Source of the DNA: Planctomycetaceae bacterium | GTDB taxonomy: Bacteria; Planctomycetota; Planctomycetia; Planctomycetales; Planctomycetaceae | NCBI GenBank assembly: GCA_002724415.1 | Contig: PBOU01000106.1 | Coordinates: 14,824-78,823 of the forward strand | Length of the DNA: 64,000 bases | Direction of reading: 5' to 3' | Shown: positions 19,406 to 36,556 of the stretch, piece after piece | Numbering within the stretch: position 1 is the first letter of the stretch | Layout of the letters: each line of letters begins with the position of its first letter | Position numbers and translations under genes: made by a program | The notes under the pieces: model-generated | The model's database searches: none | What the model was told of the DNA's origin: nothing | What the model saw: only the letters and a program-made list of their open reading frames with translations

Positions 19406-19711
19406 CTAGAAGACATCCAGCTTGAAGTGGTTGCCCCGATGGTAAGGCCGCTTCATCTGGTAAAAGTTGTGCCAGCCGTCACGCATGACCGGGATCCGCC
19501 AGGTCGGCGAATACCGGTAGTACAGGTGATTGAAGCTGCCCTGGGGCCGCTGGAAGTTGTGCGGATAATAGACGTAGGGATAGTAGTAGAAACGTTTCCA
19601 GTCGGTCGGTTGCCCACCGCCCGCGGCTTCGGCAGGTGTGGAACTCAGCGAAGTGGCCACCGCCACGACTGTGGCAACAAGCACGGCTGTCAGGATTGAT
19701 CCTTGACGCAT
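19406..19711 (-). CDS. Small exported Tyr/aromatic-rich protein
   Basis: ATG 19711: MRQGSILTAVLVATVVAVATSLSSTPAEA is a signal peptide. The mature part is FYYYPYVYYPHNFQRPQGSFNHLYYRYSPTWRIPVMRDGWHNFYQMKRPYHRGNHF. Confidence 0.6.
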   Translation of the reverse strand: MRQGSILTAVLVATVVAVATSLSSTPAEAAGGGQPTDWKRFYYYPYVYYPHNFQRPQGSFNHLYYRYSPTWRIPVMRDGWHNFYQMKRPYHRGNHFKLDVF

Positions 19712-19900
19712 TGTCTCACTCTCCAAGTGACGCAGGTGCGCGCCTCACCGAGGCGTTCACTTGCTATATCGTCAGCCCAAAGACCGATACAACAGGAAAC
19801 TTCGTCACAATCGTCGAAACCGGACCATGACCCTCCAGGGGGGGTTGCCGGTTCCAACAGGTCCGGATAGGCTTCCGCCGTTGGAAAAAAGGCACCAAGA

Positions 19901-21100
19901 ATGCAATCTCGTCCCCGGACATCCTGGTTTGCAAACGTCCCGAATCCCTGCTCGTTCGGGTGCGTGGTGTTGCTGCTCTCTGGTTTCGCCACCGCACACG
20001 CAGCCGACAAGACGACGACGCCCACGCCGATTTCAGTCTCGGGAGTCAAACCTCATGTCGAATGGCTCGCCGATCCGGCACGCCGTGGTCGCTCGGGAGA
20101 ATCGGCCCGGGAATCGGCCAATTACCTCCGCGACCACTTCCGTCGCCTCAAACTGAGACCACTCTTTGGTGACAGCTACTTCCAGCCATTGCCCGGACGG
20201 GCGGACGAGAAAAAAACAACACCGCGCACGATTGGTCGAAACGTCGGGGCCATCCTGCCGGGCCGCAAGTCCGATGAGATCGTGATTCTCAGTGCGCACT
20301 ACGATCACCTGGGTGTCAGCAAGAATTCGGTCTACCCTGGTGCTGACGACAACGCGAGTGGAGTGGCGTTGATGCTCGAAATCGCCCGTCACCTCGCCAA
20401 CCGAAAGACACCGCCGGATCGCACCATCGCGTTCGTCGGCTTCGATCTCGAGGAACGACTCCTCTGGGGGTCGCGGTGGTTCGCCGCCCACCCGCCCTGG
20501 CCATTGGAACGAGTGAAACTGTTCATCACCGCCGACATGGTCGGCCGATCACTGGGCAATCTGCCGCTTCCCACCGTCTTTTGCCTGGGCAGCGAACACG
20601 CTCCACAACTCCGCACGGTGCTCGACCGGGTGGGCTCACCACGTGGACTGGAAGTGGCCCGGCTTGGTGCGGACCTGGTCGGAACCCGCAGCGACTACGG
20701 CCCCTTTCGTGACCGCAAGGTGCCGTTCCTGTTCTTCTCGACCGGAGAACACCCCGACTACCACACACCCCGCGATACGCCCGAGAAGGTCGACTTCCCC
20801 AAGCTGGCCCGTATCACCAACCTGGTGCTCGCGATACTGACAGAGGTGGCCGACGGACGAGCCGACCCGGAATGGGTCGACAAGGTTCAACTCGGCCTCG
20901 ACGAACCCAGGGCGTTGCACCGGATCACATCCCTGATGATGGAGGAGGAACGCCTGAAGGGGCTGACCGATCTCCAGAAACTGTTGGTCAGCACCACCCG
21001 CAACAAGTGCCGCCAGATCCTCGACGCCGGCAAGATCACCGCCGATGACCGCAAGTGGCTGGTTCGTGCCAGTGCCTTGCTACTCTTCTCGGTCTTCTGA
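19901..21100 (+). CDS. M28-family metallopeptidase (aminopeptidase-like), exported
   Basis: SAHYDHLG and GADDNASGVALMLEIARHL metal-ligand motifs, with an N-terminal signal sequence. Confidence 0.8.
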   Translation: MQSRPRTSWFANVPNPCSFGCVVLLLSGFATAHAADKTTTPTPISVSGVKPHVEWLADPARRGRSGESARESANYLRDHFRRLKLRPLFGDSYFQPLPGRADEKKTTPRTIGRNVGAILPGRKSDEIVILSAHYDHLGVSKNSVYPGADDNASGVALMLEIARHLANRKTPPDRTIAFVGFDLEERLLWGSRWFAAHPPWPLERVKLFITADMVGRSLGNLPLPTVFCLGSEHAPQLRTVLDRVGSPRGLEVARLGADLVGTRSDYGPFRDRKVPFLFFSTGEHPDYHTPRDTPEKVDFPKLARITNLVLAILTEVADGRADPEWVDKVQLGLDEPRALHRITSLMMEEERLKGLTDLQKLLVSTTRNKCRQILDAGKITADDRKWLVRASALLLFSVF

Positions 21101-21991
21101 GTGACCCGGCTCATTCCTGCTGGCCAGGCGATCCAGTACCAACACGACGACAAAACCGGCCACCAGCAAAACCGCCGGGATCATTCCACCTTCCGGGCCC
21201 CGGTTGCCGAACGGCCACAGCACCCGCAGCGAACCGCACATCGCACCACACAACACCGCCAGGGTCGTCTCCCGAAAATTGGCCAACAGCCACCGCAGCA
21301 GCTTGCTGAAACCAATCAACCCGACCAGGCATCCGCCCGCAAACACCGCGAGAATCAGCAGTGATTCCGAGGTGGCCTGGCCATGGACCACATCGGAGAT
21401 GAGTCCGATGATGCGGTCGTACTGGCCCAGCACCTTCAGCAGGAAAGCGCCGCTGACGCCCGGCAGGATCATCGCACAAATGGAGATCACTCCACTGAAG
21501 AACACGAACCACTTGCTGCCAACCGGCTTGACCGTGTCCGAGGGAACGCCGACCACCAGGAAGGTCACGACGACAGCCGCCAGCATCCCTGCCACTCGAA
21601 GTCCATTCCAGTTGCCGATTGACCGGGTGACCACCAGGCACGATCCCGCGACCAATCCGAAGAACACCGCGTTGACCTCCGACGGATGGTCCTGCAGCAA
21701 CACCTTCATCACCGACGCCAGGGCCAGGATCCCCCCGCCGATGCCCACACCCAAAGCCAACAGAAATCCCAGGTCAATCCGGCCAGCCGCCTCGCGCCAA
21801 CGACGCCGAAACACCAGCCCCGCCAGGGTGTTGTCACACCGGCTGATAGCAGTCACCAGGCGATCGTAGATTCCCAGGACCATCGCCACCGTTCCGCCGG
21901 AAACTCCGGGAATCGTGTCAGCAATTCCCATCAGCAGACCGGCGGCCAACTGTCCCACTTTCGCTCTGAACAATGAAGGACGTGGGTTCAT
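21080..21991 (-). CDS. DUF368-family membrane protein (candidate polyprenyl-phosphate translocase)
   Basis: GIADTIPGVSGGTVAMVLGIYDRLV and the internal repeat MILPGVSGAFLLKVLGQYD are typical of DUF368. ATG at 21991. Confidence 0.65.
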   Translation of the reverse strand: MNPRPSLFRAKVGQLAAGLLMGIADTIPGVSGGTVAMVLGIYDRLVTAISRCDNTLAGLVFRRRWREAAGRIDLGFLLALGVGIGGGILALASVMKVLLQDHPSEVNAVFFGLVAGSCLVVTRSIGNWNGLRVAGMLAAVVVTFLVVGVPSDTVKPVGSKWFVFFSGVISICAMILPGVSGAFLLKVLGQYDRIIGLISDVVHGQATSESLLILAVFAGGCLVGLIGFSKLLRWLLANFRETTLAVLCGAMCGSLRVLWPFGNRGPEGGMIPAVLLVAGFVVVLVLDRLASRNEPGHSEDREE

Positions 21992-22080
21992 CAACGGTCC
22001 CGAGATAGACGCGACGGGCTTGCCCGACCGGAGGCAACGCCCGAGAATAGAACAGCGGTGCACGGCCTGAGCGGGCGTGC

Positions 22081-22538
22081 ATGGTAGTGGCAGCGCCGCT
22101 GGGCGCGAAGAGGAGCGAAAGGGAGGAACAGGTCATCAAGGGTCCCGGAATTCGGCTCGATCTCGACGTGCGACGCGTCTGGCGCTGCCCCAAGTGCCAA
22201 CGTGTGCTGAAGACGGCAGGGCACATCACCAGCCGGCGTTGTCCCATCGACGATGAGTTCATGCAACTCGACGACAGTGCCCAGCGAGCTGCCAGGCGAT
22301 TCACCTTTCCATCCATCACGATTGAACAGGTCGACGAAGTCGACACGATCGATGTCGAACATCCCGACACAGAACAACCCGTCACCGATGATGATCGACC
22401 CCGGAAACAATCGCGAAAACAAAAACGTCGACATCGACGGAGTCATGACAATGACGGTGCGGAGATGGACGACGCCGAGCCAACCTCGCCAGATGACGAG
22501 CCGGATACCGACACAGAAAACCAGCCGAGCCTGGAAAC

Positions 22539-22542
<4 letters not shown>
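22081..22542 (+). CDS. Small hypothetical protein with CPxC motif and highly charged tail
   Basis: ATG start and GC-rich third positions. Contains [21 protein letters not shown] and a C-terminal [44 protein letters not shown] tail. Its TGA overlaps the GTG start of the giant uvrA-like gene (GTGA at 22539-22542). Confidence 0.6.
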
Positions 22543-29486
<6,944 letters not shown>

Positions 29487-29495
29487 CACCAACCA

Positions 29496-30527
29496 CTACG
29501 CCAGCCAGCGACAGGCATCCTTGGCGAAGTAGGTCAGGATCATGTCCGCCCCGGCTCGCTTGATCGCCAGCAAGCTCTCCAGGGCCACGCCCTGCTCGTC
29601 GATCCAGCCGGCCGCGGCCGCGGCCTTCACCATCGCAAACTCGCCGCTGACGTTGTAGGCGGCCAACGGGACACCCGGATGGGCCTCCTTGACGCGGCGA
29701 ATGATATCCAGGTACGCCAGGGCCGGCTTGACCATCAGCAGGTCTGCACCCTCGGCCACATCCAGGGCCGCCTCCCGCAACGCCTCGCCCGCATTGGCCG
29801 GATCCATCTGGTAGGTGCGACGGTCCCCGAACTGGGGAGCACTCTCAACAGCGTCGCGAAACGGGCCGTAAAAGGCCGAAGCGTATTTGACGGCGTAGCT
29901 GAGAATCGGCAGGTTCGTGAAACCCGCCGCATCGAGTCCACCCCGGATCGCACCAACCATCCCGTCCATCATTCCCGAGGGAGCCACCATATCGGCACCG
30001 GCACGGGCATGGGCGACAGCCTGGGTCGCCAGGATCTCCAGGGTCGCATCATTGTCGACATCCAGCGGTCCGTGGCGATCGTTGATGATCCCGCAGTGAC
30101 CGTGATCGGTGAACTCGCAAAAACACACATCGGTGATCACCAGCAGGTCACTGCCGCCCGCCTTGATCGCGCGAACCGCCTCGGCCACGATCCCGTGATC
30201 ATCACAGGCGTCGCTGCCCACCGCATCCTTTTCGGCCGGAATCCCAAACAGGATCACCGCCGGGATTCCCAGTGCCGCAATCTCGGACACCTCGTCGGCC
30301 AACAAGTCGATTGTCAACTGGTTGTGACCGGGCATCGAGGCGATGGGAACCCTCTGGTTCTCTCCATGACGCACGAACAGCGGCAGGATAAAGTCCGACG
30401 GAGACAATCGCGTCTCGCGCACCATCTCTCGCAACCGCGGGTGTGTCCGCAGGCGACGCATCCTGAGATTGGGAAAAGCGGCCGACTGGGCAGCGGTGCT
30501 GGTTGGAACGGGAACGGTTGAAGCCAT
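29496..30527 (-). CDS. hemB: Porphobilinogen synthase (delta-aminolevulinate dehydratase)
   Basis: RMRRLR, PLFV, and the active-site region [25 protein letters not shown] at 30527; the track ORF starts 18 codons upstream. Confidence 0.9.
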   Translation of the reverse strand: MASTVPVPTSTAAQSAAFPNLRMRRLRTHPRLREMVRETRLSPSDFILPLFVRHGENQRVPIASMPGHNQLTIDLLADEVSEIAALGIPAVILFGIPAEKDAVGSDACDDHGIVAEAVRAIKAGGSDLLVITDVCFCEFTDHGHCGIINDRHGPLDVDNDATLEILATQAVAHARAGADMVAPSGMMDGMVGAIRGGLDAAGFTNLPILSYAVKYASAFYGPFRDAVESAPQFGDRRTYQMDPANAGEALREAALDVAEGADLLMVKPALAYLDIIRRVKEAHPGVPLAAYNVSGEFAMVKAAAAAGWIDEQGVALESLLAIKRAGADMILTYFAKDACRWLA

Positions 30528-30612
30528 TTTTTTGCCGTCGTCAAAGTGAACCGATCGGTCACGGACGGTCATCCGCAACACACTCCGTTGTACCCCCCCG
30601 CTGGAAGCCGTT

Positions 30613-31203
30613 TCAAGCTTTGTCTTTGCCAGTCACCAAACGACTGATCTGGCGGAATTCGTCGGTACCGGCCACCTCGCACCACTCGAACAACACGCTC
30701 TCGGTCGTCAGCACAACGACACCTGAATCAGCGAGTCGTCCCAGGGCAGTTTTCCAGTCCAGCTTGTGACGACTGGCAACCGCGTCGGCCACGACAAAAA
30801 CACGGAAACCCTGAGCCACCAGGTCCAACGCCGTCTGCAGAACACAGACATGGGCCTCGATGCCGCAAATCACCACCTGGTCGCGTTGGTCCTGCCCCTC
30901 TCCCGTCGGACTCCAGTCCAGGCACTCGGCACAACTGAACCGCAACTTCTCGGGAATCTCGTCGAGCAACTCCGCGAGCACCTGGGTCGTCGGCCCGAGA
31001 CCCGCGGGGTACTGCTCGGTCGCCGCGACGGGAACACCGAGCAACTGCGCGCCACGAACCAGACGACGGCAGTTTTCAACCAGGCTCCCCGCAACCGGGA
31101 TATGGTCCAACAGTTTCTGTTGCACGTCGACCACGACCAAACGGCTGGCGGTCTTCGACAGCAACTGGTTGCTTCGCGGTGGCCGTGTCTCCGGATCACT
31201 CAT
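30613..31203 (-). CDS. Isochorismatase-family cysteine hydrolase
   Basis: [10 protein letters not shown] and [19 protein letters not shown] (catalytic Cys context). Confidence 0.75.
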   Translation of the reverse strand: MSDPETRPPRSNQLLSKTASRLVVVDVQQKLLDHIPVAGSLVENCRRLVRGAQLLGVPVAATEQYPAGLGPTTQVLAELLDEIPEKLRFSCAECLDWSPTGEGQDQRDQVVICGIEAHVCVLQTALDLVAQGFRVFVVADAVASRHKLDWKTALGRLADSGVVVLTTESVLFEWCEVAGTDEFRQISRLVTGKDKA

Positions 31204-31416
31204 GACCGCACACTCTGACCACTGGACCAGCGTCCGTCAAACTGCCACACCACTTCACGCTCGCACCTGGGCACGACATTGCTTGTCGCACACAGGCGGA
31301 TCGACGACGCCGGATCATTTCGGTGGCCCCGAGTGTGACGTCCAATCGTTGCGACCTGTCGACAACTTCGATAGTAATGACATGACCCTAAAACACACTC
31401 AACGCGAGTCGTACCG

Positions 31417-32319
31417 ATGCATCGCCCGTTCCGGATCTCCCTGGTCACCGTTGTGGTCCTCACGATCGCCCTGATCGCCTCGGCCCAGGACAAAAAAACT
31501 GACAAGAAATCTCCCATGACCACTGCCCAAAGACAGTCCCTGCTGAAAACTTTCAACGAGGAATTCGTCGCGATCACTCCGGGCAAGGGACAATTCCCCG
31601 CGACATTCGTGATGGGCAGCGACAAGGGTGACGCCAGCGAGAAACCGGCCCGGACGGTCCGCCTCGTTGGCGGATTCTCGATTGCCAAGTACGAGGTGCC
31701 CCAGAACCTCTGGGAAGCGGTCATGGGAAAAAACCCCAGCAAGTGGACCGGCCCGAGAAATTCTGTCGAGATGCTCAGTTGGCAGGAAGCGGTGGCGTTT
31801 TGTGCACGGGCGACGGCAATGATGCGGAGCATGAAATTGATCGGGGCGAACGAGGAAATCCGCCTGCCGACCGAGGCCGAGTGGGAGTACTGCTGCCGCG
31901 CGGGAACCACCACCGACTACAGCTTCGGCCAGGACGCCCGTGGCAAAAGCGACACCGGCAACAAGGCATCCCTGCTGGATCCCTTCGGTTGGCACACCGG
32001 CAATGCCGCCGGAAATGATCCACCCGTTGGAGCCCTCAAGCCCAACCCCTGGGGCCTCTATGACATGCATGGCTACCTGTGGGAATTCGTCGCCGACGCC
32101 TGGCATCCCGACTACACGGGTGCCCCCAAGGACAGTGGGGCCTGGGACGGATCGAAAAAATACTCATCCCGGGTGATTCGCAGCGGTTCCTGGCGAGACC
32201 GGTACTCGTCCTTGAAAAGTACGACCAGGTTGCCGCTCCCCGATCACGTCAAGAGCGACGCGATCGGGCTACGTTGCGTCAAGGCCTCGACCGGCAACGA
32301 AACGAACACGTCGAAATAA
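31417..32319 (+). CDS. Exported FGE/SUMF1-domain (formylglycine-generating enzyme family) protein
   Basis: Signal peptide, RLPTEAEWEYCCRAGTTTDYSFG, PNPWGLYDMHGYLWEFVADAW and RSGSW. Confidence 0.8.
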   Translation: MHRPFRISLVTVVVLTIALIASAQDKKTDKKSPMTTAQRQSLLKTFNEEFVAITPGKGQFPATFVMGSDKGDASEKPARTVRLVGGFSIAKYEVPQNLWEAVMGKNPSKWTGPRNSVEMLSWQEAVAFCARATAMMRSMKLIGANEEIRLPTEAEWEYCCRAGTTTDYSFGQDARGKSDTGNKASLLDPFGWHTGNAAGNDPPVGALKPNPWGLYDMHGYLWEFVADAWHPDYTGAPKDSGAWDGSKKYSSRVIRSGSWRDRYSSLKSTTRLPLPDHVKSDAIGLRCVKASTGNETNTSK

Positions 32320-32363
32320 CCCGTCACCGGGTCTTTGATCCCGCTCGACTGGAGCCTGCTGCC

Positions 32364-33926
32364 GTGAACGACACCACACCGACACCACCTGAAGAGGCCG
32401 TCGACGACACCGCCGTCGAAGTGCCATCCGCGGAATCGTCCGGTTCCGAGCGGAAAAGACCGACACTCAAACCAACCGGTGGCGATTCGGCCCGGGCGAT
32501 TCCATCGCGGATCAAACCGGTAACAACCCCGTCGGAGGACGAACCCTCGATCGAGGAGAAGCTGGCCGACGTGGCAGCCGCTGCCGCAACGGAGGCCGAA
32601 CCCGCGGATCCGCCTCCAGTGGCACAAAAGGAGGCTGCTCCAGCCGTCGAACTGCCTCCCGACGATGACCTCGATGCCGCACTCGAAGCCGAAATCGAAG
32701 CCGCGCTCGCCAGCGACGACGCCAAGTTGCTGGACCTGGCCGCCCAGGCTGTCGCCAGCGTCGATGGCGAAGACTCGGGTGAAACCGGCGAACGGATCGA
32801 GGCGGAGGAGGATCTCGAGGAGGGCACGCGGCTGAAAGGGACCATCCAGGCCATCGACCCGGACAACGTGTTCGTCGACATCGGGATGAGATCCACCGGC
32901 ATTGTTCCCCGCCGACAGTGGGACAAGAGCGACCCGGAAGTGGGCCAGGTGATCGACGTGGCCTTCGAACGGTACGACGCCGATGAGGGCCTGATCCAGC
33001 TCAACCTTCCGCGAGGACGACGACGCGTCGGAGGTGACTGGAACGCGGTGACCGTCGGTATGAAGTGCGACTGCGTCGTCAAGAAAGCCAACAAGGGTGG
33101 ACTCGAAGTCGAGGTCGGAGCACTGCGAGGCTTCTTGCCGGCCGGACAGGTCGACCGTGCCTACGTCGAGGACCTGGAACCGTTTGTCGGCCAGAAACTC
33201 TCCGTGCAGGTGATGGAGGTCGATTCCAGAAAACGCAACCTCGTGGTCAGCCGCAGGGCGCTGCTCGAAGAAGAACAGAAGGACGCTGCGGCCGAACTGT
33301 GGCAACAACTCAACGTCGGAGACATTCGCAACGGTACGGTCAAGACACTCAAGGAGTACGGTGCCTTTGTCGACCTCGGTGGACTCGACGGCTTTCTGCA
33401 CATCGGGGAAATCAGCTGGTCACGGCTGAATCATCCCGATCAGGTGCTGACCCAGGGGCAGGCGGTCGAGGTCAAGATCCTGGGAATCGACACCGAGCGC
33501 AGCCGGATCAGCCTGGGAATGAAACAGTTGTCGGGTGACCCCTGGCAGGAAGCCGTCGACATGTTCGCCGTCGGCAAGCACGTCAGCGGCACCGTCACCC
33601 GGATCATGGACTTCGGCGCCTTCGTGGAACTGGCCCCCGGAATCGAGGGGTTGGTGCATATCAGCGAACTCGAGCACACCCGGGTACGCCGCGTCAGCGA
33701 TGTGCTCAGCGAAGCACAGTCCATCGACGTCCAGATCCTCGAGGTCGACGTCGATCGGCAACGAATCTCGCTGTCGATGAAAGCATTGAAGGATCGGCCA
33801 GCCGGGGACGCCGCAGGCGACACACCGGAAGAGGACCTGCCACCTGTCGAGAGAATCGAACGATCGGCTCTGAAGGGCGGCACCGGTGACGGCGGCAATC
33901 TCTTCGGCAATCCCGACGACTTCTAG
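32364..33926 (+). CDS. rpsA: Ribosomal protein S1-like protein: four S1 domains with a long acidic/Pro/Ala-rich N-terminal extension
   Basis: Four S1 OB-fold repeats, e.g. GTVKTLKEYGAFVDLGGLDGFLHIGEIS and GTVTRIMDFGAFVELAPGIEGLVHISEL. Start placed at the first in-frame GTG after the upstream FGE gene stop (32364). There is no ATG before the first S1 domain. Confidence 0.7.
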   Translation: MNDTTPTPPEEAVDDTAVEVPSAESSGSERKRPTLKPTGGDSARAIPSRIKPVTTPSEDEPSIEEKLADVAAAAATEAEPADPPPVAQKEAAPAVELPPDDDLDAALEAEIEAALASDDAKLLDLAAQAVASVDGEDSGETGERIEAEEDLEEGTRLKGTIQAIDPDNVFVDIGMRSTGIVPRRQWDKSDPEVGQVIDVAFERYDADEGLIQLNLPRGRRRVGGDWNAVTVGMKCDCVVKKANKGGLEVEVGALRGFLPAGQVDRAYVEDLEPFVGQKLSVQVMEVDSRKRNLVVSRRALLEEEQKDAAAELWQQLNVGDIRNGTVKTLKEYGAFVDLGGLDGFLHIGEISWSRLNHPDQVLTQGQAVEVKILGIDTERSRISLGMKQLSGDPWQEAVDMFAVGKHVSGTVTRIMDFGAFVELAPGIEGLVHISELEHTRVRRVSDVLSEAQSIDVQILEVDVDRQRISLSMKALKDRPAGDAAGDTPEEDLPPVERIERSALKGGTGDGGNLFGNPDDF

Positions 33927-33933
33927 AGCCGGC

Positions 33934-34680
33934 TCAGATCAGCAACGACTCGAGCAGCATCCGCATTTTTCTCAGCTCCAGCGCGCGGTCGAGGTCACCG
34001 TACTGGTCGGGAAAGAAATCGACCGACAGCGTCCGATCGTAATCCTCGCGACGCAACTGGCTGATCAGACGACTGTAATCCACCTCGCCCAGCCCAACCT
34101 GGACCTGGATCTCGTCGGAGGTCGTGTCTCTCAGGTACACGTGGTAGACGTAGGGAAACACCTGGTCGTACGACTCGCCCTTGTGCGGGCCGCAGATGTA
34201 GTAGGAGGGGTCCAGCGAGAGACCCACTCCATTGACGGCCTGGCAGAGTTCAACTGCGGTGTGAGCGTCCTCGGTCAGGTGTCCTGTCTTGGTGCGGATC
34301 GACAGTTGCAGACCGGCCGCGGTGCTGATCTGCAACAACTCCTGCAAACGCTCGATCTCGGCATTGAATGGAGTCCCCAGTGGAGTCGACGGGATCGTGA
34401 TCTGCGCGACCCGCATCAACTTCGCCAACCGGGCAATCTCCCGAAATGTCTCCACCTCGACGGGCTGCTCGAAACAAAACGCGACCGGTGTCAACCGCGA
34501 TGCGGCGCGGTACCGGCTGATGAACCCGTCGATGTCAGCAACCACCTCTGAAGGTTTCAGGTGGTCGCTGTTTTCATCAAGCCAGAACTCGATCCGGGTG
34601 TAACCGTAATCAGCCAGCAAGCTGCAGGCGTCCAGGAACGGCAAATCACCCAGACAACGGGAAGTCACGGAAACGTACAC
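33934..34680 (-). CDS. Sugar-phosphate isomerase/epimerase (xylose isomerase-like TIM barrel)
   Basis: 248 aa. YGYTRIEFWLDE and the overall AP-endonuclease-2 / TIM-barrel-like pattern. Confidence 0.6.
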   Translation of the reverse strand: MYVSVTSRCLGDLPFLDACSLLADYGYTRIEFWLDENSDHLKPSEVVADIDGFISRYRAASRLTPVAFCFEQPVEVETFREIARLAKLMRVAQITIPSTPLGTPFNAEIERLQELLQISTAAGLQLSIRTKTGHLTEDAHTAVELCQAVNGVGLSLDPSYYICGPHKGESYDQVFPYVYHVYLRDTTSDEIQVQVGLGEVDYSRLISQLRREDYDRTLSVDFFPDQYGDLDRALELRKMRMLLESLLI

Positions 34681-34936
34681 GATAAACGCTCTCTATCCAT
34701 GCAACATCAATGCGACAATCGCCAAACCGGAGCGCGGTAATCTAGTTCGATCACACGGATGCCGCAAGATCGATGAGTTGGTGAAGCTGTTTGGGTCCGA
34801 CCGATTTTCCGCATTCTGTGGCCTCGGGGAGCCTTTGTTGCCGATAGGAATATCACGGCGTCCGGCGCATGGACGGCGTTATCGAACAACACCAGTTCAC
34901 TGCAACCGGTCGAAAGGCCGGAGGGGGTACCCGACG

Positions 34937-35242
34937 ATGACGACACGAATGACCCTGAGCCTGGCCACCTGCTTGGCCGTTTCACTGGCCGTCGGCTGCC
35001 AGAATCCTCGAGGAATTGTGCGAGGTCAGGCTCCGACTGAACCGCAGTTTGCTCCGGCCAATCATGCCGTGATGCACGACGGCGAACACGAACCGCGAGG
35101 TGCTTTCCACGGCGGGCACTATCACACCTTCGAGTACAAGACACCCGAGAACCTGAGCTACCCGGCTGCCAATCAGCCACCGGCCGTCGTGCAGTACCCG
35201 TACTACACGCTGCGTGGACCCACAGATTTCTTCCAGAAATAA
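34937..35242 (+). CDS. Small lipoprotein with His-rich region and C-terminal YPYYTLRGPTDFF motif
   Basis: GGAGG-like RBS about 12 nt upstream of ATG 34937. Lipobox LAVSLAVGC. C-terminus is VVQYPYYTLRGPTDFFQK. Confidence 0.65.
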   Translation: MTTRMTLSLATCLAVSLAVGCQNPRGIVRGQAPTEPQFAPANHAVMHDGEHEPRGAFHGGHYHTFEYKTPENLSYPAANQPPAVVQYPYYTLRGPTDFFQK

Positions 35243-35299
35243 CGTGGTCCGCGTTCTTTCCCCGCGACGGGGGCGAATTCGGTACAGCGGGGCAGGCGT

Positions 35300-36463
35300 C
35301 TAGCCTGCACCCGCGGTAAACCGGAACGGCTCGGAAGTCACCTCGTATCCCGGCCGGATCGCCACGTTGATCAACAACCCCAGCGCGATCGCCGTCGCCA
35401 CCAGGCTCGATCCACCGTAACTGACCAGGGGCAGGGTCATCCCGGTGATCGGCATCAACCCGACGGTCATGCCGGTGTTGATGATCGCCTGGGTCGCCAG
35501 CAGCGTGACGATTCCCGTGGCCAGCAACCGCCCGAATGGTTCCCGAGTCGCAAAAGCGATCGCGAGTCCCTTGATGATCAACACTCCGTAGATGACCAGC
35601 GTGACCAGGCTACCGATCATCCCAAATCGTTCACCGATCAGGCAGAAGACGAAATCGGTCCTCGCCGCGGGCAAGTGATACGCTGCCGGGTCATCGACGG
35701 GCATCCCGGCCAACTCGCTGCCCCACGTTCCACCCAGCGACAGCATCCGCTTCGACTGGTACAGGTGGTAGCCGTCACCCCGGGGTACCGGCCCGTCTTC
35801 CTCCTGGGTCAGTAACGAGACCACCCGGGACTGTTGTTCCGCGTTCATCCCCAGCCACAGGACCGGGGTCACCGCCACGCCCAGCATCCCGATCATCACC
35901 AGGTGCCGCACCCGCGCCCCCGCAGCCAAGAGCATCGCAAACAGCATCGGTAGAAACAGCAACGCGGTCCCCAGGTCCGGCTCCTTGAGGATCAGGACCA
36001 ACGGGACCAGGGTCAGCAGAAACGGAATGAACAGGCCAAGGATCCGCCGGAAATTGCGGCGGTACATCAGGTAATGGGCCATCGCCAGGATGAATGTCAG
36101 CTTCGCGAGTTCCGAGGGCTGCATGTCGAAGACGCCCAGGGGAATCCAGCGACGCGCCCCATGGTGGGCCGGCATCAGGAACACCAGCAATAGCAGCAAC
36201 ACGGTCGCTCCGAACAGAACGTAACTGGCAGGACGCAACGATCGATAGGGCACCCAGGCCGCCACGACCAGTGCCGGAACCGCCAGGCCAATCCAGATCA
36301 ATTGGCGGGAGAAGAGGGGGCCCGATCCGACCAGTTGATCTCCACGCGAGATCCCCGCCAGGCCAAGCGCAACCAGCAACGCAGCCGCAACGACCACGCT
36401 CCAGGGCACACGTTTCAGACCCTCGCCCAGTTGCACCGGGAAACTCCCCTGTTTGACCACCAC
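35300..36463 (-). CDS. SEDS-family peptidoglycan polymerase (RodA/FtsW)
   Basis: About ten TM spans. C-terminal GMTLPLVSYGGSSLVATAIALGLLINV is the SEDS hallmark. GTG start. Confidence 0.85.
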   Translation of the reverse strand: MVVKQGSFPVQLGEGLKRVPWSVVVAAALLVALGLAGISRGDQLVGSGPLFSRQLIWIGLAVPALVVAAWVPYRSLRPASYVLFGATVLLLLLVFLMPAHHGARRWIPLGVFDMQPSELAKLTFILAMAHYLMYRRNFRRILGLFIPFLLTLVPLVLILKEPDLGTALLFLPMLFAMLLAAGARVRHLVMIGMLGVAVTPVLWLGMNAEQQSRVVSLLTQEEDGPVPRGDGYHLYQSKRMLSLGGTWGSELAGMPVDDPAAYHLPAARTDFVFCLIGERFGMIGSLVTLVIYGVLIIKGLAIAFATREPFGRLLATGIVTLLATQAIINTGMTVGLMPITGMTLPLVSYGGSSLVATAIALGLLINVAIRPGYEVTSEPFRFTAGAG

Positions 36464-36556
36464 TTCGGCGACAGACTACTGTCAAGCGACGAGGTTGTAG
36501 TCGATTCCGCCACCAGAAAGGAACCGCAGGTGGACACCCGCTTGTCCGGACCCCGA

